From the NCBI GenBank assembly GCA_016722565.1, contig JADKIU010000002.1, positions 454,119-518,118 on the forward strand: a DNA stretch of 64,000 bases, read 5' to 3'. The DNA is from Bacteroidota bacterium. Its GTDB lineage: Bacteria > Bacteroidota > Bacteroidia > 2-12-FULL-35-15. This document shows, one piece after another, positions 19,403 to 29,928 of the stretch. Below the pieces are notes generated by a model that saw nothing but the letters and a program-made list of their open reading frames with translations, was not told the origin of the DNA and made no database searches. Position 1 is the first letter of the stretch; the number at the start of each line of letters is the position of its first letter. The position numbers and the translations under genes were made by a program.

Positions 19403-20507
19403 TTTTTTTCTTTTTTCTTTTCCCTTTCCACATCAAGAAGCCTGTTACTGGTAAACTTGCGCTTATTAGTGCAGCAAAAAATACAATAAACTGCCCGGTT
19501 AACCCAAACACTTTTCCTGTATGAATCGCGTAGTTGGTGCCTTTTAGTTTATCACCTTGCGAAGACGTTTCAAACAAATGGGCTTTCAATAATTCCCCGG
19601 AATATTGATCAAAAAATAATTGATCACTTTTTTTATAAAATCCACCATCATCGTATCGGAATGTAATTCGATAAACTCCAATTGAATCTTCTGGTACATT
19701 TATAAAACATTCGTTGCTCTGCTTATAAAGTGAAGTGGAATTTTCTAGCACCTGATCTATGGAAATCCGGTTTGAATCCGCGATATATTCCGAATGATAT
19801 TTTCGCTCCTCTTTTTTAGAATGATTGATCCAATACATGGTGTTTTCAGCCCATTTAAACGACCAAACAATTCCTGTTAATGCGGTAAAAATAATAATCC
19901 AGGATGCATAAAATCCGAATACACTGTGCAAATCATACGTTCTCTTTTTGGATGGAGCATTTCGTTTGATGGTTAATTTTTGTTTTAACAATGCTTTGTT
20001 TTGTGGCCACCAGAGAATGATTCCACTCATCAACATGAAAATGAAAATGGTTGCAGAGGTACCTGTGATGATTTTTCCGGTATCGCCTAAACAAAGTGAG
20101 CGATGCAATTGAAGCACAATTCCGAAAAAATCATTCTCTTTATTAAAGCTTCCTAGTACTTTCCCTGTGTAGGGGTTCACTAAAACAGATTGTTTGTTCT
20201 TTAATATGATTTCAACACTGCTTTCGGGATTGGATTGTATTCGTATGTTTTTAACACCAGGTTTAGGGAACTCCGCTTTTGCACTTTTGATTAGTTCGGC
20301 AATCGGTTTTCGATTACCTTCTTGTTTTACAAATAAAACATCCTGATATAGTATTGCCCGAAATTCTTCTTCAAAAGCATAAATTGCACCGGTTGTAGAA
20401 ACAACAAAAACAACAGCACCACTGGTCAAACCCAATAATAAATGCAGTTGAAAAAATATTCGTTTAAAAAACATAAGAAGTGAATAAAAACGAGCTGAGG
20501 CAATCAT
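19392..20507 (-). CDS. PepSY-associated TM helix domain protein
   Basis: MFFKRIFFQLHLLLGLTSGAVVFVVSTTGAIYAFEEEF is typical PepSY_TM. It sits downstream of a TonB-dependent siderophore receptor. Confidence 0.8.
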   Translation of the reverse strand: MIASARFYSLLMFFKRIFFQLHLLLGLTSGAVVFVVSTTGAIYAFEEEFRAILYQDVLFVKQEGNRKPIAELIKSAKAEFPKPGVKNIRIQSNPESSVEIILKNKQSVLVNPYTGKVLGSFNKENDFFGIVLQLHRSLCLGDTGKIITGTSATIFIFMLMSGIILWWPQNKALLKQKLTIKRNAPSKKRTYDLHSVFGFYASWIIIFTALTGIVWSFKWAENTMYWINHSKKEERKYHSEYIADSNRISIDQVLENSTSLYKQSNECFINVPEDSIGVYRITFRYDDGGFYKKSDQLFFDQYSGELLKAHLFETSSQGDKLKGTNYAIHTGKVFGLTGQFIVFFAALISASLPVTGFLMWKGKRKKKKIKL

Positions 20508-20528
20508 GCGCTCAACTCGTTGCTGAAA

Positions 20529-22667
20529 TTAAAATTTAAAGCCAATGGTGGTGGAAAACTGACGGGGTGCAATTGGATTAACACTGTTGTCGTCATGCAC
20601 ATTATAACTCAATACATCCGTTATATTGGATACTTTAAAGCGAATAGAGAATTTTTCTTTTACATAACCTAAACTTGCATCCAGCTGAAAGTATTCCGGT
20701 AAACGAATAAGTTTGTAGGTGTCATTTGGAACAGCTATTCGAGTGGATCGTCCCGCATATCGTTCACCAAAATACAATGAACTCAAGCCAATACTTAATC
20801 CATTTAAAACCGTTTGTTGGCTAAAGTTGTAGTGAATGCTAAGATTAGCTGTATGTTTTGGATTATAGCGCAATAAACTTCCTTCAATAAATGTATTACT
20901 CTTGGTGTATTTTGTTTCATTAAAACTATAACCAGCCAAAAGAGATAAACCTTTTAACGGTTTTGAGCTTAAGTCTACTTCTAAACCTTGACTGGTAACT
21001 TCACCTGCTAAAATTTTTATGGATGAATTTGTATTTCCTGCAGATAAATCTGTTTGTGCCAAATTGCTGTTTACAATTTGATACGCTGTAATATTTCCTG
21101 AAAACAGCCCTCTGAATAAATCGGTTTTTATTCCGGCCTCATATTGATCGATCAAGGATGGTGGCAATGCATTGTTATTTATATCAACCCCAGTATTGGG
21201 TGTAAAGGAGTTTGAATAGCTTCCAAAAAGTGATAGAAATGGTTTTGGTTGGATAACCAATCCCAAACGAGGTGAAAAGGCATTGTCAAATTGCACTGAT
21301 TTTACAGTAACTCCCGTGCTATGTGTCAATACATTACTATACGTTTCGAGATACGAAAAGCGAACACCTGCCAACAATTTTACATAGCGTGTAATTTCTA
21401 TCAAATCTTGGACATAAATACCCAAACGATTAATCGGAGAACCGGTTGTTGTTTTTACGGTTAAATAAGGGACATCAGCTCGTGGTTTATATAAATCTAA
21501 ATTAAATACATTTACAGAATCGTATTTCGTAACTCCATTAAAGGAATGATTGTCTGTATCGTATTGATCTGCATCTGCACCTAATAAAAAGGTATGTTTT
21601 AATATCCAAGTCTTGAATTTTCCTGTTAAATCAAACTGTGTAATACCATAGGTTTCATCAATTTTGGTCCGTTGCAAACCTCTAATCCATTTACCATCGG
21701 TTTTTACAAACTGACTGGAAGAGTTAGGTCGCACATTCGAAAAAAGATCACTGTTAAATTGTTGATAGGCTGTTACACTTTTAATATCCCAATTTTTGTT
21801 GATATGGTGAGTGATGGAGGCTGTTGCTCCTTTTTGCTCTGTTTTAATATATGACCAATTAACGCCTATAAATCGTTCCCGAGGAACATCTATTAATTGG
21901 TAATCAATGGCACCAACCCCAAAGTCGGCAGTGCGATTATCTTTTAAATAATCCCCTTCAATTAATAATTCTGTTTTTTTACCTAGTTTAAATAAGAAGG
22001 ATGGATTGATGTAGGTACGTTCTGCGTTCACAACATCTCTAAAACTTCTCGCTTTTTCGTACGAAGTATTTACACGATAAGCAATGTGTTTGTTTTTATC
22101 GATTGTACCATAAACGTCAACCATGGGTTTATAAAAGTCATAGCTACCAGCAGTCATTGTAATTTCTCCTCCGGTAGTATAATTAGGCTTTTTCGTAATT
22201 AAATTGATTACTCCACCTGCGGCTACATTTCCAAATAAGATGGCGCTGCTTCCTTTCATTACTTCAACTCGTTCCAATGCGCTTAGCTCAGGCATTGCAG
22301 CGTTATTAAAACGAATTCCATTTTTAAACGTATTGTTACTGTTAAATGCAAATCCTCTTCCTGCTATTTCTTCCTGATAACCACCTGTTGCGCCCATAAT
22401 GTAAACGCCATTGAAGTTTTTCAAAACATCGCTCAAACGCATGGTTTGCTGTTGTTCCATCACTTCTCTATCGATGGAAGCAACACTTTGAGGCAAATCC
22501 ATTGGTTTTATTGCTATTTTCCCTAATGATACTGGTTTTTCATTTTCAGATTTGGCAGAAGAAATTTCTACCTCTTTTAAAGTTCCTGTTTTTATAGAAT
22601 CAGGAGTTTGCGCAATCATTGTTGTAATTGTTCCCAAAAATACTAGGACGGACATATATTTGTTCAT
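20529..22667 (-). CDS. TonB-dependent (siderophore-type) outer membrane receptor
   Basis: Signal peptide, plug domain (RVEVMKGSSAILFGNVAAGGVINLITK), a 22-strand barrel, and a C-terminal ...TTIGFKF. Confidence 0.9.
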   Translation of the reverse strand: MNKYMSVLVFLGTITTMIAQTPDSIKTGTLKEVEISSAKSENEKPVSLGKIAIKPMDLPQSVASIDREVMEQQQTMRLSDVLKNFNGVYIMGATGGYQEEIAGRGFAFNSNNTFKNGIRFNNAAMPELSALERVEVMKGSSAILFGNVAAGGVINLITKKPNYTTGGEITMTAGSYDFYKPMVDVYGTIDKNKHIAYRVNTSYEKARSFRDVVNAERTYINPSFLFKLGKKTELLIEGDYLKDNRTADFGVGAIDYQLIDVPRERFIGVNWSYIKTEQKGATASITHHINKNWDIKSVTAYQQFNSDLFSNVRPNSSSQFVKTDGKWIRGLQRTKIDETYGITQFDLTGKFKTWILKHTFLLGADADQYDTDNHSFNGVTKYDSVNVFNLDLYKPRADVPYLTVKTTTGSPINRLGIYVQDLIEITRYVKLLAGVRFSYLETYSNVLTHSTGVTVKSVQFDNAFSPRLGLVIQPKPFLSLFGSYSNSFTPNTGVDINNNALPPSLIDQYEAGIKTDLFRGLFSGNITAYQIVNSNLAQTDLSAGNTNSSIKILAGEVTSQGLEVDLSSKPLKGLSLLAGYSFNETKYTKSNTFIEGSLLRYNPKHTANLSIHYNFSQQTVLNGLSIGLSSLYFGERYAGRSTRIAVPNDTYKLIRLPEYFQLDASLGYVKEKFSIRFKVSNITDVLSYNVHDDNSVNPIAPRQFSTTIGFKF

Positions 22668-22839
22668 AAAGAATAATTTAGACAGATTTTAAATAACGAC
22701 ACAAAAGTCAATATTCAGTAGCAATCTGACAATACCTAAATGATGGTATTTGCCAATTTTTTTAAAATATACCTAAAAATGGGTATCGAAGTCGTTTACG
22801 AAAGAATTGTTACTTTTGAAGCTCTAAATACTTGAAAAT

Positions 22840-23691
22840 TTGATACTAATAGCAGATAGTGGTTCAACAAAAACCGATTGGCGGTTAATAGACAGTAAAA
22901 AACAAATTCATCAATTTGCCGGCAAAGGCATTAACCCTTATTTTCAAACTACAGACCAGATTATTGTTGCACTCGAAAATGAATTAATCCCTCATTTGAA
23001 AACGCAACTTTCTGAAGAAGAACTGGAAATTTTCTTTTATGGAGCAGGGTGTGGGGCTATAGATAAAAAGGAAATTGTTAAAACAGCATTATCTGCTTGT
23101 TTCCCGAAAGCTAAAATTTATGTAGAAACCGATATGTTGGGTGCAGCTCGCTCTTTATGCGGAAGAAATGCGGGTATTGCAGCCATACTTGGCACGGGCG
23201 CTAATACCTGTTATTATGATGGTGAAAATATTATAGAAAACAGGGCTTCTTTAGGTTATCTTTTGGGTGATGAAGGAAGTGGAGCACATATCGGCAAAAC
23301 GTTTATTCAGGCGTATTTAAATCAAGAAATGCCGAAAGAACTATCCAATCGCTTTTATGAGCGCTTTAAGCTCGGGAAGGATGAGATTTTAGATGCTGTC
23401 TATAAAAAGCCGATGCCGAATACCTTTTTAGCGTCATTCAGTAAATTCATCTACCAAAATTTAAAGGAACAGTTTATTATTGATTTGGTAGCGGGCTGTT
23501 TTAATGCATTTTTCGACAAACACATTTGCAAGTATCCCAAATACAAAGAAGTTAAGCTGAGTTGCACCGGCTCGGTTGCTTTTTATTACAGCAATATCTT
23601 AAGAGCGGTTGCATTAGAAAAAGGAGTTTCTATAGATACAATTACAGAGACACCCATCGCTGGATTGACTTTGTACCATTTAGAAGAGTAG
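22840..23691 (+). CDS. BadF/BadG/BcrA/BcrD-type ATPase (N-acetylglucosamine kinase-like)
   Basis: MILIADSGSTKTDWRLI is the N-terminal phosphate-1 motif of the ASKHA superfamily. The second motif is DEGSGAHIG. Confidence 0.75.
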   Translation: MILIADSGSTKTDWRLIDSKKQIHQFAGKGINPYFQTTDQIIVALENELIPHLKTQLSEEELEIFFYGAGCGAIDKKEIVKTALSACFPKAKIYVETDMLGAARSLCGRNAGIAAILGTGANTCYYDGENIIENRASLGYLLGDEGSGAHIGKTFIQAYLNQEMPKELSNRFYERFKLGKDEILDAVYKKPMPNTFLASFSKFIYQNLKEQFIIDLVAGCFNAFFDKHICKYPKYKEVKLSCTGSVAFYYSNILRAVALEKGVSIDTITETPIAGLTLYHLEE

Positions 23692-23857
23692 TTTGTTTGC
23701 CACAAAGGCGCGAAGTCGCCAAGTTGTTATTGCAAAGCAATAAAATTAATTAAACAGCATTTCGCTAAATTAAAATCGCTAAAAGTGTAAAACAAAAAAC
23801 GCAAAGAAAAAACATTCCTTTGCGTCTTAGCGCCTTAGCGGCAAACCTATTGTGAGA

Positions 23858-24565
23858 CTACTTCATATTATGATAAACAGTCTGCACATCATCGTCCTCC
23901 TCCAATTTACCAACAAGAATCATCACTTCTTCCACTTGAGCATCGGTTAACTCAACAGTAGAAGTAGGAATACGCTCCAGTTCTGAGCTGATGATATTAA
24001 TATTTTTTGCTTCCAACGCTTTTTGCATTTTGCCGAAATCAGTAAAAGCTGTATAGATTACAATTTCCTCTTCATCGCTTTCAATTTCATCGGCACCAAA
24101 ATCAATCAATTCAAACTCTAATTCTTCAAGATTTACGTTTTCGTTTTTAATGCGAAACACACCTTTTCTTTCAAAGAGATAATCTAAAGATCCCGTTTTA
24201 CCGAGCTCTCCGCCATATCGGTTGAAGTTCATGCGCACGTTTGCAACAGTACGGGTAGGATTGTCGGTTGCACATTCAATTAAAATACCGATTCCAAAAG
24301 GTCCTTTCCCTTCGTATACAACCTCTTCCAAGTTGGACGAATCTTTTGATGTTGCACGTTTGATTGCAGCATCAATATTCGCCTTTGGCATATTCAAGCC
24401 CTTCGCATTTTGAATGGCAACTCTTAAACGAGCGTTTCCATTTGGATCTCCTCCACCAAGTTTAATTGCAATGGCAATCTCTTTCCCAATTCTAGTGAAG
24501 CCTTTCGCCATCTTATCATAGCGGGCAAACATTTTATACTTACGCTTTTCAAATACACGTCCCAT
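23858..24565 (-). CDS. yebC: YebC/PmpR family DNA-binding transcriptional regulator
   Basis: MGRVFEKRKYKMFARYDKMAKGFTRIGKEIAIAIKLGGGDPNGNARLRVAIQNAKGLNMPK matches YebC. Confidence 0.9.
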   Translation of the reverse strand: MGRVFEKRKYKMFARYDKMAKGFTRIGKEIAIAIKLGGGDPNGNARLRVAIQNAKGLNMPKANIDAAIKRATSKDSSNLEEVVYEGKGPFGIGILIECATDNPTRTVANVRMNFNRYGGELGKTGSLDYLFERKGVFRIKNENVNLEELEFELIDFGADEIESDEEEIVIYTAFTDFGKMQKALEAKNINIISSELERIPTSTVELTDAQVEEVMILVGKLEEDDDVQTVYHNMK

Positions 24566-24627
24566 AGTAAATTCTGGTGATTATAAGTTATTTTCTAGTT
24601 TTCTAATTGCAAATTTAAAAATTTGTT

Positions 24628-26103
24628 TTAATGCACAATTATTATTTTCTGCGTTTCAACCCTTGATTTATCAGAAACCTTTAAAAGGTAAATTCCATTT
24701 GAATATAAATCTAATGGGAGAGAATAGGTGGTTTCAGATCCCTTCTTTACACATTCAAGATGTATTGTTTCACCCATAACATTTGTGACTTCGATTGTAA
24801 ATGAATCCTCAAAAAAAGACACATCAATAGTGGCCGTTTGATTTGCGGGATTTGGAAATACATTCAATTTTCCGTTAAGTGAATTATCAACATCCTCAAT
24901 TTCGGTTAAAATCGTATTCTCTGCTATGGTTGCCAAACAAAGGGTATCTGTTTTTATTAGATAAATATCCTCAATGCTAGTTGTACTAAAACTTTTCGTT
25001 GTACCACAAATAATAAAAGCGTTATCAAAAGTAGGAGCAACCGAGAACCCTTCATCTTTTTTCAGTCCGCCAAAAGTTGTTAATCCATAATACGACCAAT
25101 CGCTTTTGAGTGTATAGAAAATCAAATCACCATTGCCACCGCTATCACCAAATGATTTTGAAGTGCCAAGCATGGCTACTTTCCCATCAGCATCTTCCAC
25201 TACTGAATAAAAGCTGTCATCAAGGGTGCCTCCAAGTGTTTTCATGGAATCCGTAATGCCGAGCGAAGAAATTTTCACCAAAACACCATATGCATTTCCT
25301 GCACCAAAACTTTTCGTTTCACCTGTTAATAGATACCCACCAAACATGCTTTCAATAACATCATTACCAAAATCTGCGGAAGCTCCTCCAAACCGATTTG
25401 ACCATAAACTATCACCGCTTGTATTCAGTTTGATGGTAAAAAAATCACCGTCAATATCACCTAAACTTTTGCTTGTTCCAGTTACTAAGTAATTCCCATC
25501 GCTCGTCTGAATAATGGATTTAGCAACATCTTGATAAAGGCCTCCATACGTTTTTGTCCAAACGGTATCTCCCAATGAATTTGTTTTTACAATATAATAA
25601 TCTTCATCCCCATTTCCATAGCTGTATGTTTCTCCGCATACTATATATCCACCATCATTCGTTTGCTCAACACAGTTTGCAAAATCCCAATTAGTTCCAC
25701 CATACGTTTTTGTCCAGGTAACGTTGTACGTTGAATCAACTTTTATAAGGTAGAAATCATACCCCCCAGCACCAAAGCTATTTGTATAACCTGAAATAAT
25801 GAACCCTTTATCCGTTGTTTGTTTTACACAGGTACCTCTGTCGATATTAATTCCACCAATCATTTGATGTCCTTGTGGAATTCCTAACGAGTCTGTTTTT
25901 ACTAAATAAATGTCTGTGTTTCCTCCGCCAAAGCTACTCGTAGAACCTAAAACAATATAGCCGCTGTCAAGTGTCTGTTGTGCACATACACCATAATCAT
26001 AGCCCGAACTTCCAATTACCTTTCTGAATTTTATTTGAGCAGTAGACACATTTTCAAATAATAAAATTGCGAGAAGTAGTACTAAAAAGTTTTTTGTTTT
26101 CAT
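24628..26103 (-). CDS. secreted protein with seven ~48-aa propeller-like repeats and a T9SS type A C-terminal sorting domain
   Basis: Seven repeats of the form GGY.V.G.T.SFG.G..D.Y.VKT.S.GD..WTKTYGG. C-terminus is LNVFPNPANQTATIDV...GIYLLKVSD...KIIIVH. Confidence 0.75.
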   Translation of the reverse strand: MKTKNFLVLLLAILLFENVSTAQIKFRKVIGSSGYDYGVCAQQTLDSGYIVLGSTSSFGGGNTDIYLVKTDSLGIPQGHQMIGGINIDRGTCVKQTTDKGFIISGYTNSFGAGGYDFYLIKVDSTYNVTWTKTYGGTNWDFANCVEQTNDGGYIVCGETYSYGNGDEDYYIVKTNSLGDTVWTKTYGGLYQDVAKSIIQTSDGNYLVTGTSKSLGDIDGDFFTIKLNTSGDSLWSNRFGGASADFGNDVIESMFGGYLLTGETKSFGAGNAYGVLVKISSLGITDSMKTLGGTLDDSFYSVVEDADGKVAMLGTSKSFGDSGGNGDLIFYTLKSDWSYYGLTTFGGLKKDEGFSVAPTFDNAFIICGTTKSFSTTSIEDIYLIKTDTLCLATIAENTILTEIEDVDNSLNGKLNVFPNPANQTATIDVSFFEDSFTIEVTNVMGETIHLECVKKGSETTYSLPLDLYSNGIYLLKVSDKSRVETQKIIIVH

Positions 26104-26107
26104 TTTT

Positions 26108-26923
26108 TTAGAGTATTGCTTTTCTAATCTTAATCAAATCATTCATCAGCTTTTCAAAATGATCGAGGTGAAGCATGTTTGCACCATCTGACTTTGCTTT
26201 TGCAGGGTTGGGATGAGTTTCTAAGAAGATTCCGTCAGCACCTACGGCAATGGCTGCTTTTGCTATCGTGCCGATTAAATCCGGGCGACCACCAGTTACG
26301 CCACTCGTTTGATTCGGCTGTTGAAGGGAGTGGGTAATGTCCATCACAACAGGAACATTATTTTTTTGCATTTCAGGTATACCTCTGAAATCTACCACCA
26401 AATCTTGATATCCTAAGAAGGTTCCTCTCTCTGTTAACATGATATTCGTGTTTCCTGACTCCCTCACTTTATCTACAGCAAATTTCATGGACTCCGGTGA
26501 AAGAAATTGCCCCTTTTTTATGTTTACATGTTTGCCTGTTTTTGCAGCTGCAACTAACAAATCTGTTTGTCGACATAAAAATGCAGGAATCTGCAATACA
26601 TCAACATACTTTGCAGCTAAAGCAGCATCTTCATTTGTGTGAATATCAGTTAGCGTAGGCAGGTTAAAATGCTTTCCGACTTTTGCAATAATGTCCAATC
26701 CTTTTTCATCCCCAATGCCGGTGAAGGAATCCAAGCGAGAGCGGTTGGCTTTCTTAAACGAGGCTTTAAATATGTAAGGAATTCCTAATTGATCGGTTAC
26801 AGATTTTACTTTCTCAGCAATCTCAAAACAAATTTCTTCTGTTTCTACGGCACATGGACCGGCAATTAAAAAGAAATTACCTGAATCTAAGTGTTTAATG
26901 TTTTTAATGTTGTTCAACGACAT
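26108..26923 (-). CDS. kdsA: 3-deoxy-8-phosphooctulonate synthase
   Basis: NFFLIAGPCAVETEEICFEIAEKV...DIHT...LQIPAFLCRQTDLL. The start is placed at MSLNNIKNI. Confidence 0.9.
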   Translation of the reverse strand: MSLNNIKNIKHLDSGNFFLIAGPCAVETEEICFEIAEKVKSVTDQLGIPYIFKASFKKANRSRLDSFTGIGDEKGLDIIAKVGKHFNLPTLTDIHTNEDAALAAKYVDVLQIPAFLCRQTDLLVAAAKTGKHVNIKKGQFLSPESMKFAVDKVRESGNTNIMLTERGTFLGYQDLVVDFRGIPEMQKNNVPVVMDITHSLQQPNQTSGVTGGRPDLIGTIAKAAIAVGADGIFLETHPNPAKAKSDGANMLHLDHFEKLMNDLIKIRKAIL

Positions 26924-26927
26924 ACTT

Positions 26928-28193
26928 TTATCTAAAATTTTTAACAAGTGAAATGTAAGCGGATTGTCCCGCTGCTTTTTTAGGAGTAACAAATCCTTCT
27001 AAATTGGTACTTCCAGCATAAATAATAAAACCTTTTCCAAGATTAGCAAATACGCCTAATCCATAATTAAATTTACCATAACCGCCATAGCCGAATGTGC
27101 CAGAAATTGCGCACTTCGGATTGATTATAAAATTACCTTTTACGTATGCTAATAAATGATAGTTTCCATTAAACACATACCGAATGCCTTCAGTCATTTC
27201 AAAGTGTTCACCGAATCGGGTTTCATACGTAAGGTTTAATACCGAAGGCAATGTCACGGAGAAAGATTGATTTTTAAATGGTGCAACAGAACTGATGATA
27301 CTATCCTGAGATGTATTTGCGAATGTAGAATCTTGCAAATCATATACACTTGAAACATGAAATCCGGTATAATGAAACGTAGAATCTTGATTCAAGAAAA
27401 GTGATTTGTCGTTAAATTTTATTGCTCCAATATCAGCAACCGAAACGCGTAATTTTGAATTCCCAAAACGCGTTTTAAACGGTGCTTCAAAGTAGATATC
27501 AATAACAGCACCAACCCCATTAAATGCACCAATCCCTTTTTTAGCTGTATCTGATTGTGCCACCTGCATTGTGGTCGCAAAATCGATGTAAGTGCCATCT
27601 TCGCTCGTAAATAATTCTGCTTTTTGAGCGTAAATAGACGCGTATTGTTCTCCTTTTAAGAGTGAAAGAGCGATTCCCCATCGAGCGGCACTATCATATT
27701 TGGAAGAAAACAAACCGACTTGCAATTGCTGATAACGCAAAAAATTTAAATTAAAATCATTAAAATTTGCAACTTTCCCGGCATAAGGCGCATTCCCATA
27801 AAATCCAACCTTGTAAAAATCTTTAGAATAGCGAGCATCAAAATGTGCTTTATCACGTAAACTGAAAAATAAGCTTACATTCTTTTTGTGAAAGAACGAA
27901 TCTAATTTTACACCAACATACACACCATAGTTTAAATCCGCCCCAATGGTATTCATATTTTTTGTGCGTTTTAATACCTGATCTTTCAAGTCAGCATCAA
28001 TATATCCACCATTATAAAATTTCGAAATAAATTGAGTCGTAAAGGCCGTTGCATTCAATCCGTAATCAGCTACTAAGCCAATACGCGTTTTTGTTGAATC
28101 CGGAAATTCATCAGAAAAGATGGCAGCAATTTGCGCATTCAATTGAAACTGAAAACTAATTGCTGCAACTATTAAAAAATAAAACTTTTTCAA
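26928..28193 (-). CDS. hypothetical outer-membrane-type protein (signal peptide, beta-rich, ends ...LVKNFR)
   Basis: 421-aa ORF with a signal peptide and a beta-barrel-like alternating pattern. Appears to form an operon with the upstream lipoprotein gene and kdsA. Confidence 0.5.
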   Translation of the reverse strand: MKKFYFLIVAAISFQFQLNAQIAAIFSDEFPDSTKTRIGLVADYGLNATAFTTQFISKFYNGGYIDADLKDQVLKRTKNMNTIGADLNYGVYVGVKLDSFFHKKNVSLFFSLRDKAHFDARYSKDFYKVGFYGNAPYAGKVANFNDFNLNFLRYQQLQVGLFSSKYDSAARWGIALSLLKGEQYASIYAQKAELFTSEDGTYIDFATTMQVAQSDTAKKGIGAFNGVGAVIDIYFEAPFKTRFGNSKLRVSVADIGAIKFNDKSLFLNQDSTFHYTGFHVSSVYDLQDSTFANTSQDSIISSVAPFKNQSFSVTLPSVLNLTYETRFGEHFEMTEGIRYVFNGNYHLLAYVKGNFIINPKCAISGTFGYGGYGKFNYGLGVFANLGKGFIIYAGSTNLEGFVTPKKAAGQSAYISLVKNFR

Positions 28194-28202
28194 ACGTAAT
28201 AA

Positions 28203-29801
28203 TTATTGAAGTTGAATGGTGTAATTGAAATCGCCTACTACTTTAATATCGATAGCATATTCACTATAAATTTTGATGTATTGGAGCTGAGCACTTGTGT
28301 TGAATTTTACTTTCATCACCACTTTCTTAGTGTCGTAAAGCAAATTCATTTTACTTTCACTAACAGGTACTGTTATTTTTGTCAATTTTTTTCCGGTTAC
28401 TCTTAACGCAGCATTGATTGGAGCTTCCACAATGGTGTTGGCATAACCAAAGATGGAGTCGGTGACAATATTGCTTTCATTCAATAGATACATTTGGATT
28501 TTTGCATCAAACGGAAATCCATTATTTGCAAACAATGTAAGATTTCCTTCATGAATTCCTTGTGTGCCATTAGCAGGAGAAATATTCAGATCCAGTGTGT
28601 CAGACAAGGTAAGATTGTTGGCAACCAACGAAAGAGGTATTTCCATATTTAATGAAGCTTTCAACAATCTATCAGAATAAATGAAATCATTCGATCCGGA
28701 AATGTTTCCAAGCGGATTGGTGATGATTTGCATCGAGTACCCAAATTTATTGGGAAGATTTTCAATCATCGGCTTGATGTTTGAATTGGTTGTGTTTAAA
28801 GGAAAATTTGCATAAGTAGGATAAATAATTCCTCCGCTTTCGGCTGCACGATTGATGTTGATGGTGCTACCAATCATGCTGTTGGTTAGGTTAATTGTAG
28901 AGCCTGTTCGAGTGTTAATAGAACTAATGTTATTCACATACAAACGAGCATCCATCCCAATCGGATTTTCGATTTTAAAATCAAAATCAACATCTTCTAA
29001 TTGTAAAGTCCCATCTACAATTCTATCAAACAAGGTAAAATTACTGGAACTTGGACCAACGTAATACGTATTGTTACCAAAATATCCTTTGGCATAATAA
29101 GGAATCATATCGTAAAACGTATTGTCAATAATCAAACTATCCGCAGGATATACACGAACTGTATCAGAAGCAGAGGAGCTGATTTCTCCTAAAAGGGATG
29201 TGTAAATGGTGTTGATTTGTGTTCCGGCAGGGCCGGTTAAATCAATTTTATAGCCGGCTAAATTAAATGTTTGACTATATACTCCTGGGGTTGTACCAAC
29301 CTTTGCTGGAACATTCGCCACAAATGTAAATGGGTCTCCATCTGCATCTGTTGCACAAGGCATAGTATAGGTAAATTTAGTGGCTTCACGAATTTTGCTT
29401 TTTACTTTAAACGTTACAAACCCTGATTTTACAATAATGGTTCTCAATTCAATACCAGGCAGTGTATAGGTAGTGGAAGAAGTTGAAGGAAAAGGAATGA
29501 CTTGTCCCGGATTTAAATCAGAAGTAAATGGCAATGCATATCCATTGTGAACGGTGGTATCTCCAATATTAAAAAGTGTATCGATGTCAATTTTGTATAA
29601 ATCATTGTTAAAAACAATTTTCATTGAACTATCCGGATTGGCTTGTAAAATAGAATCCGGCAGGATGTTATTGATACTCATACTTGCATCAATCAACGGA
29701 GCCAAAACATCCATATCCCATGATGCTTTTTCCATTTCCTTTCTACAGGAAGAAAAAAGCAAAGCTGTGCTTAGAAAAATAAAAAGAAAGTATTTTCTCA
29801 T
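28203..29801 (-). CDS. hypothetical lipoprotein
   Basis: 532-aa ORF. The signal peptide has a lipobox-like LFSSC. No recognisable domain. Confidence 0.5.
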   Translation of the reverse strand: MRKYFLFIFLSTALLFSSCRKEMEKASWDMDVLAPLIDASMSINNILPDSILQANPDSSMKIVFNNDLYKIDIDTLFNIGDTTVHNGYALPFTSDLNPGQVIPFPSTSSTTYTLPGIELRTIIVKSGFVTFKVKSKIREATKFTYTMPCATDADGDPFTFVANVPAKVGTTPGVYSQTFNLAGYKIDLTGPAGTQINTIYTSLLGEISSSASDTVRVYPADSLIIDNTFYDMIPYYAKGYFGNNTYYVGPSSSNFTLFDRIVDGTLQLEDVDFDFKIENPIGMDARLYVNNISSINTRTGSTINLTNSMIGSTININRAAESGGIIYPTYANFPLNTTNSNIKPMIENLPNKFGYSMQIITNPLGNISGSNDFIYSDRLLKASLNMEIPLSLVANNLTLSDTLDLNISPANGTQGIHEGNLTLFANNGFPFDAKIQMYLLNESNIVTDSIFGYANTIVEAPINAALRVTGKKLTKITVPVSESKMNLLYDTKKVVMKVKFNTSAQLQYIKIYSEYAIDIKVVGDFNYTIQLQ

Positions 29802-29928
29802 GGCTATTGTTATTACGATTGATTTGACAGCTAAAATTACTAAAAATTATTCAAAAAAAGGTAAAAAGCCTTACCTCATCGGTAAAAACAAGTATAGATT
29901 TTTGTAGTAATTAAATAATAGAATACCT

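Noticed and set aside
23795-23825. Hairpin CGCAAAG-(11 nt)-CTTTGCG downstream of yebC
   Set aside because: It is probably just the yebC intrinsic terminator (a U-run follows on the minus strand). Nothing unusual.
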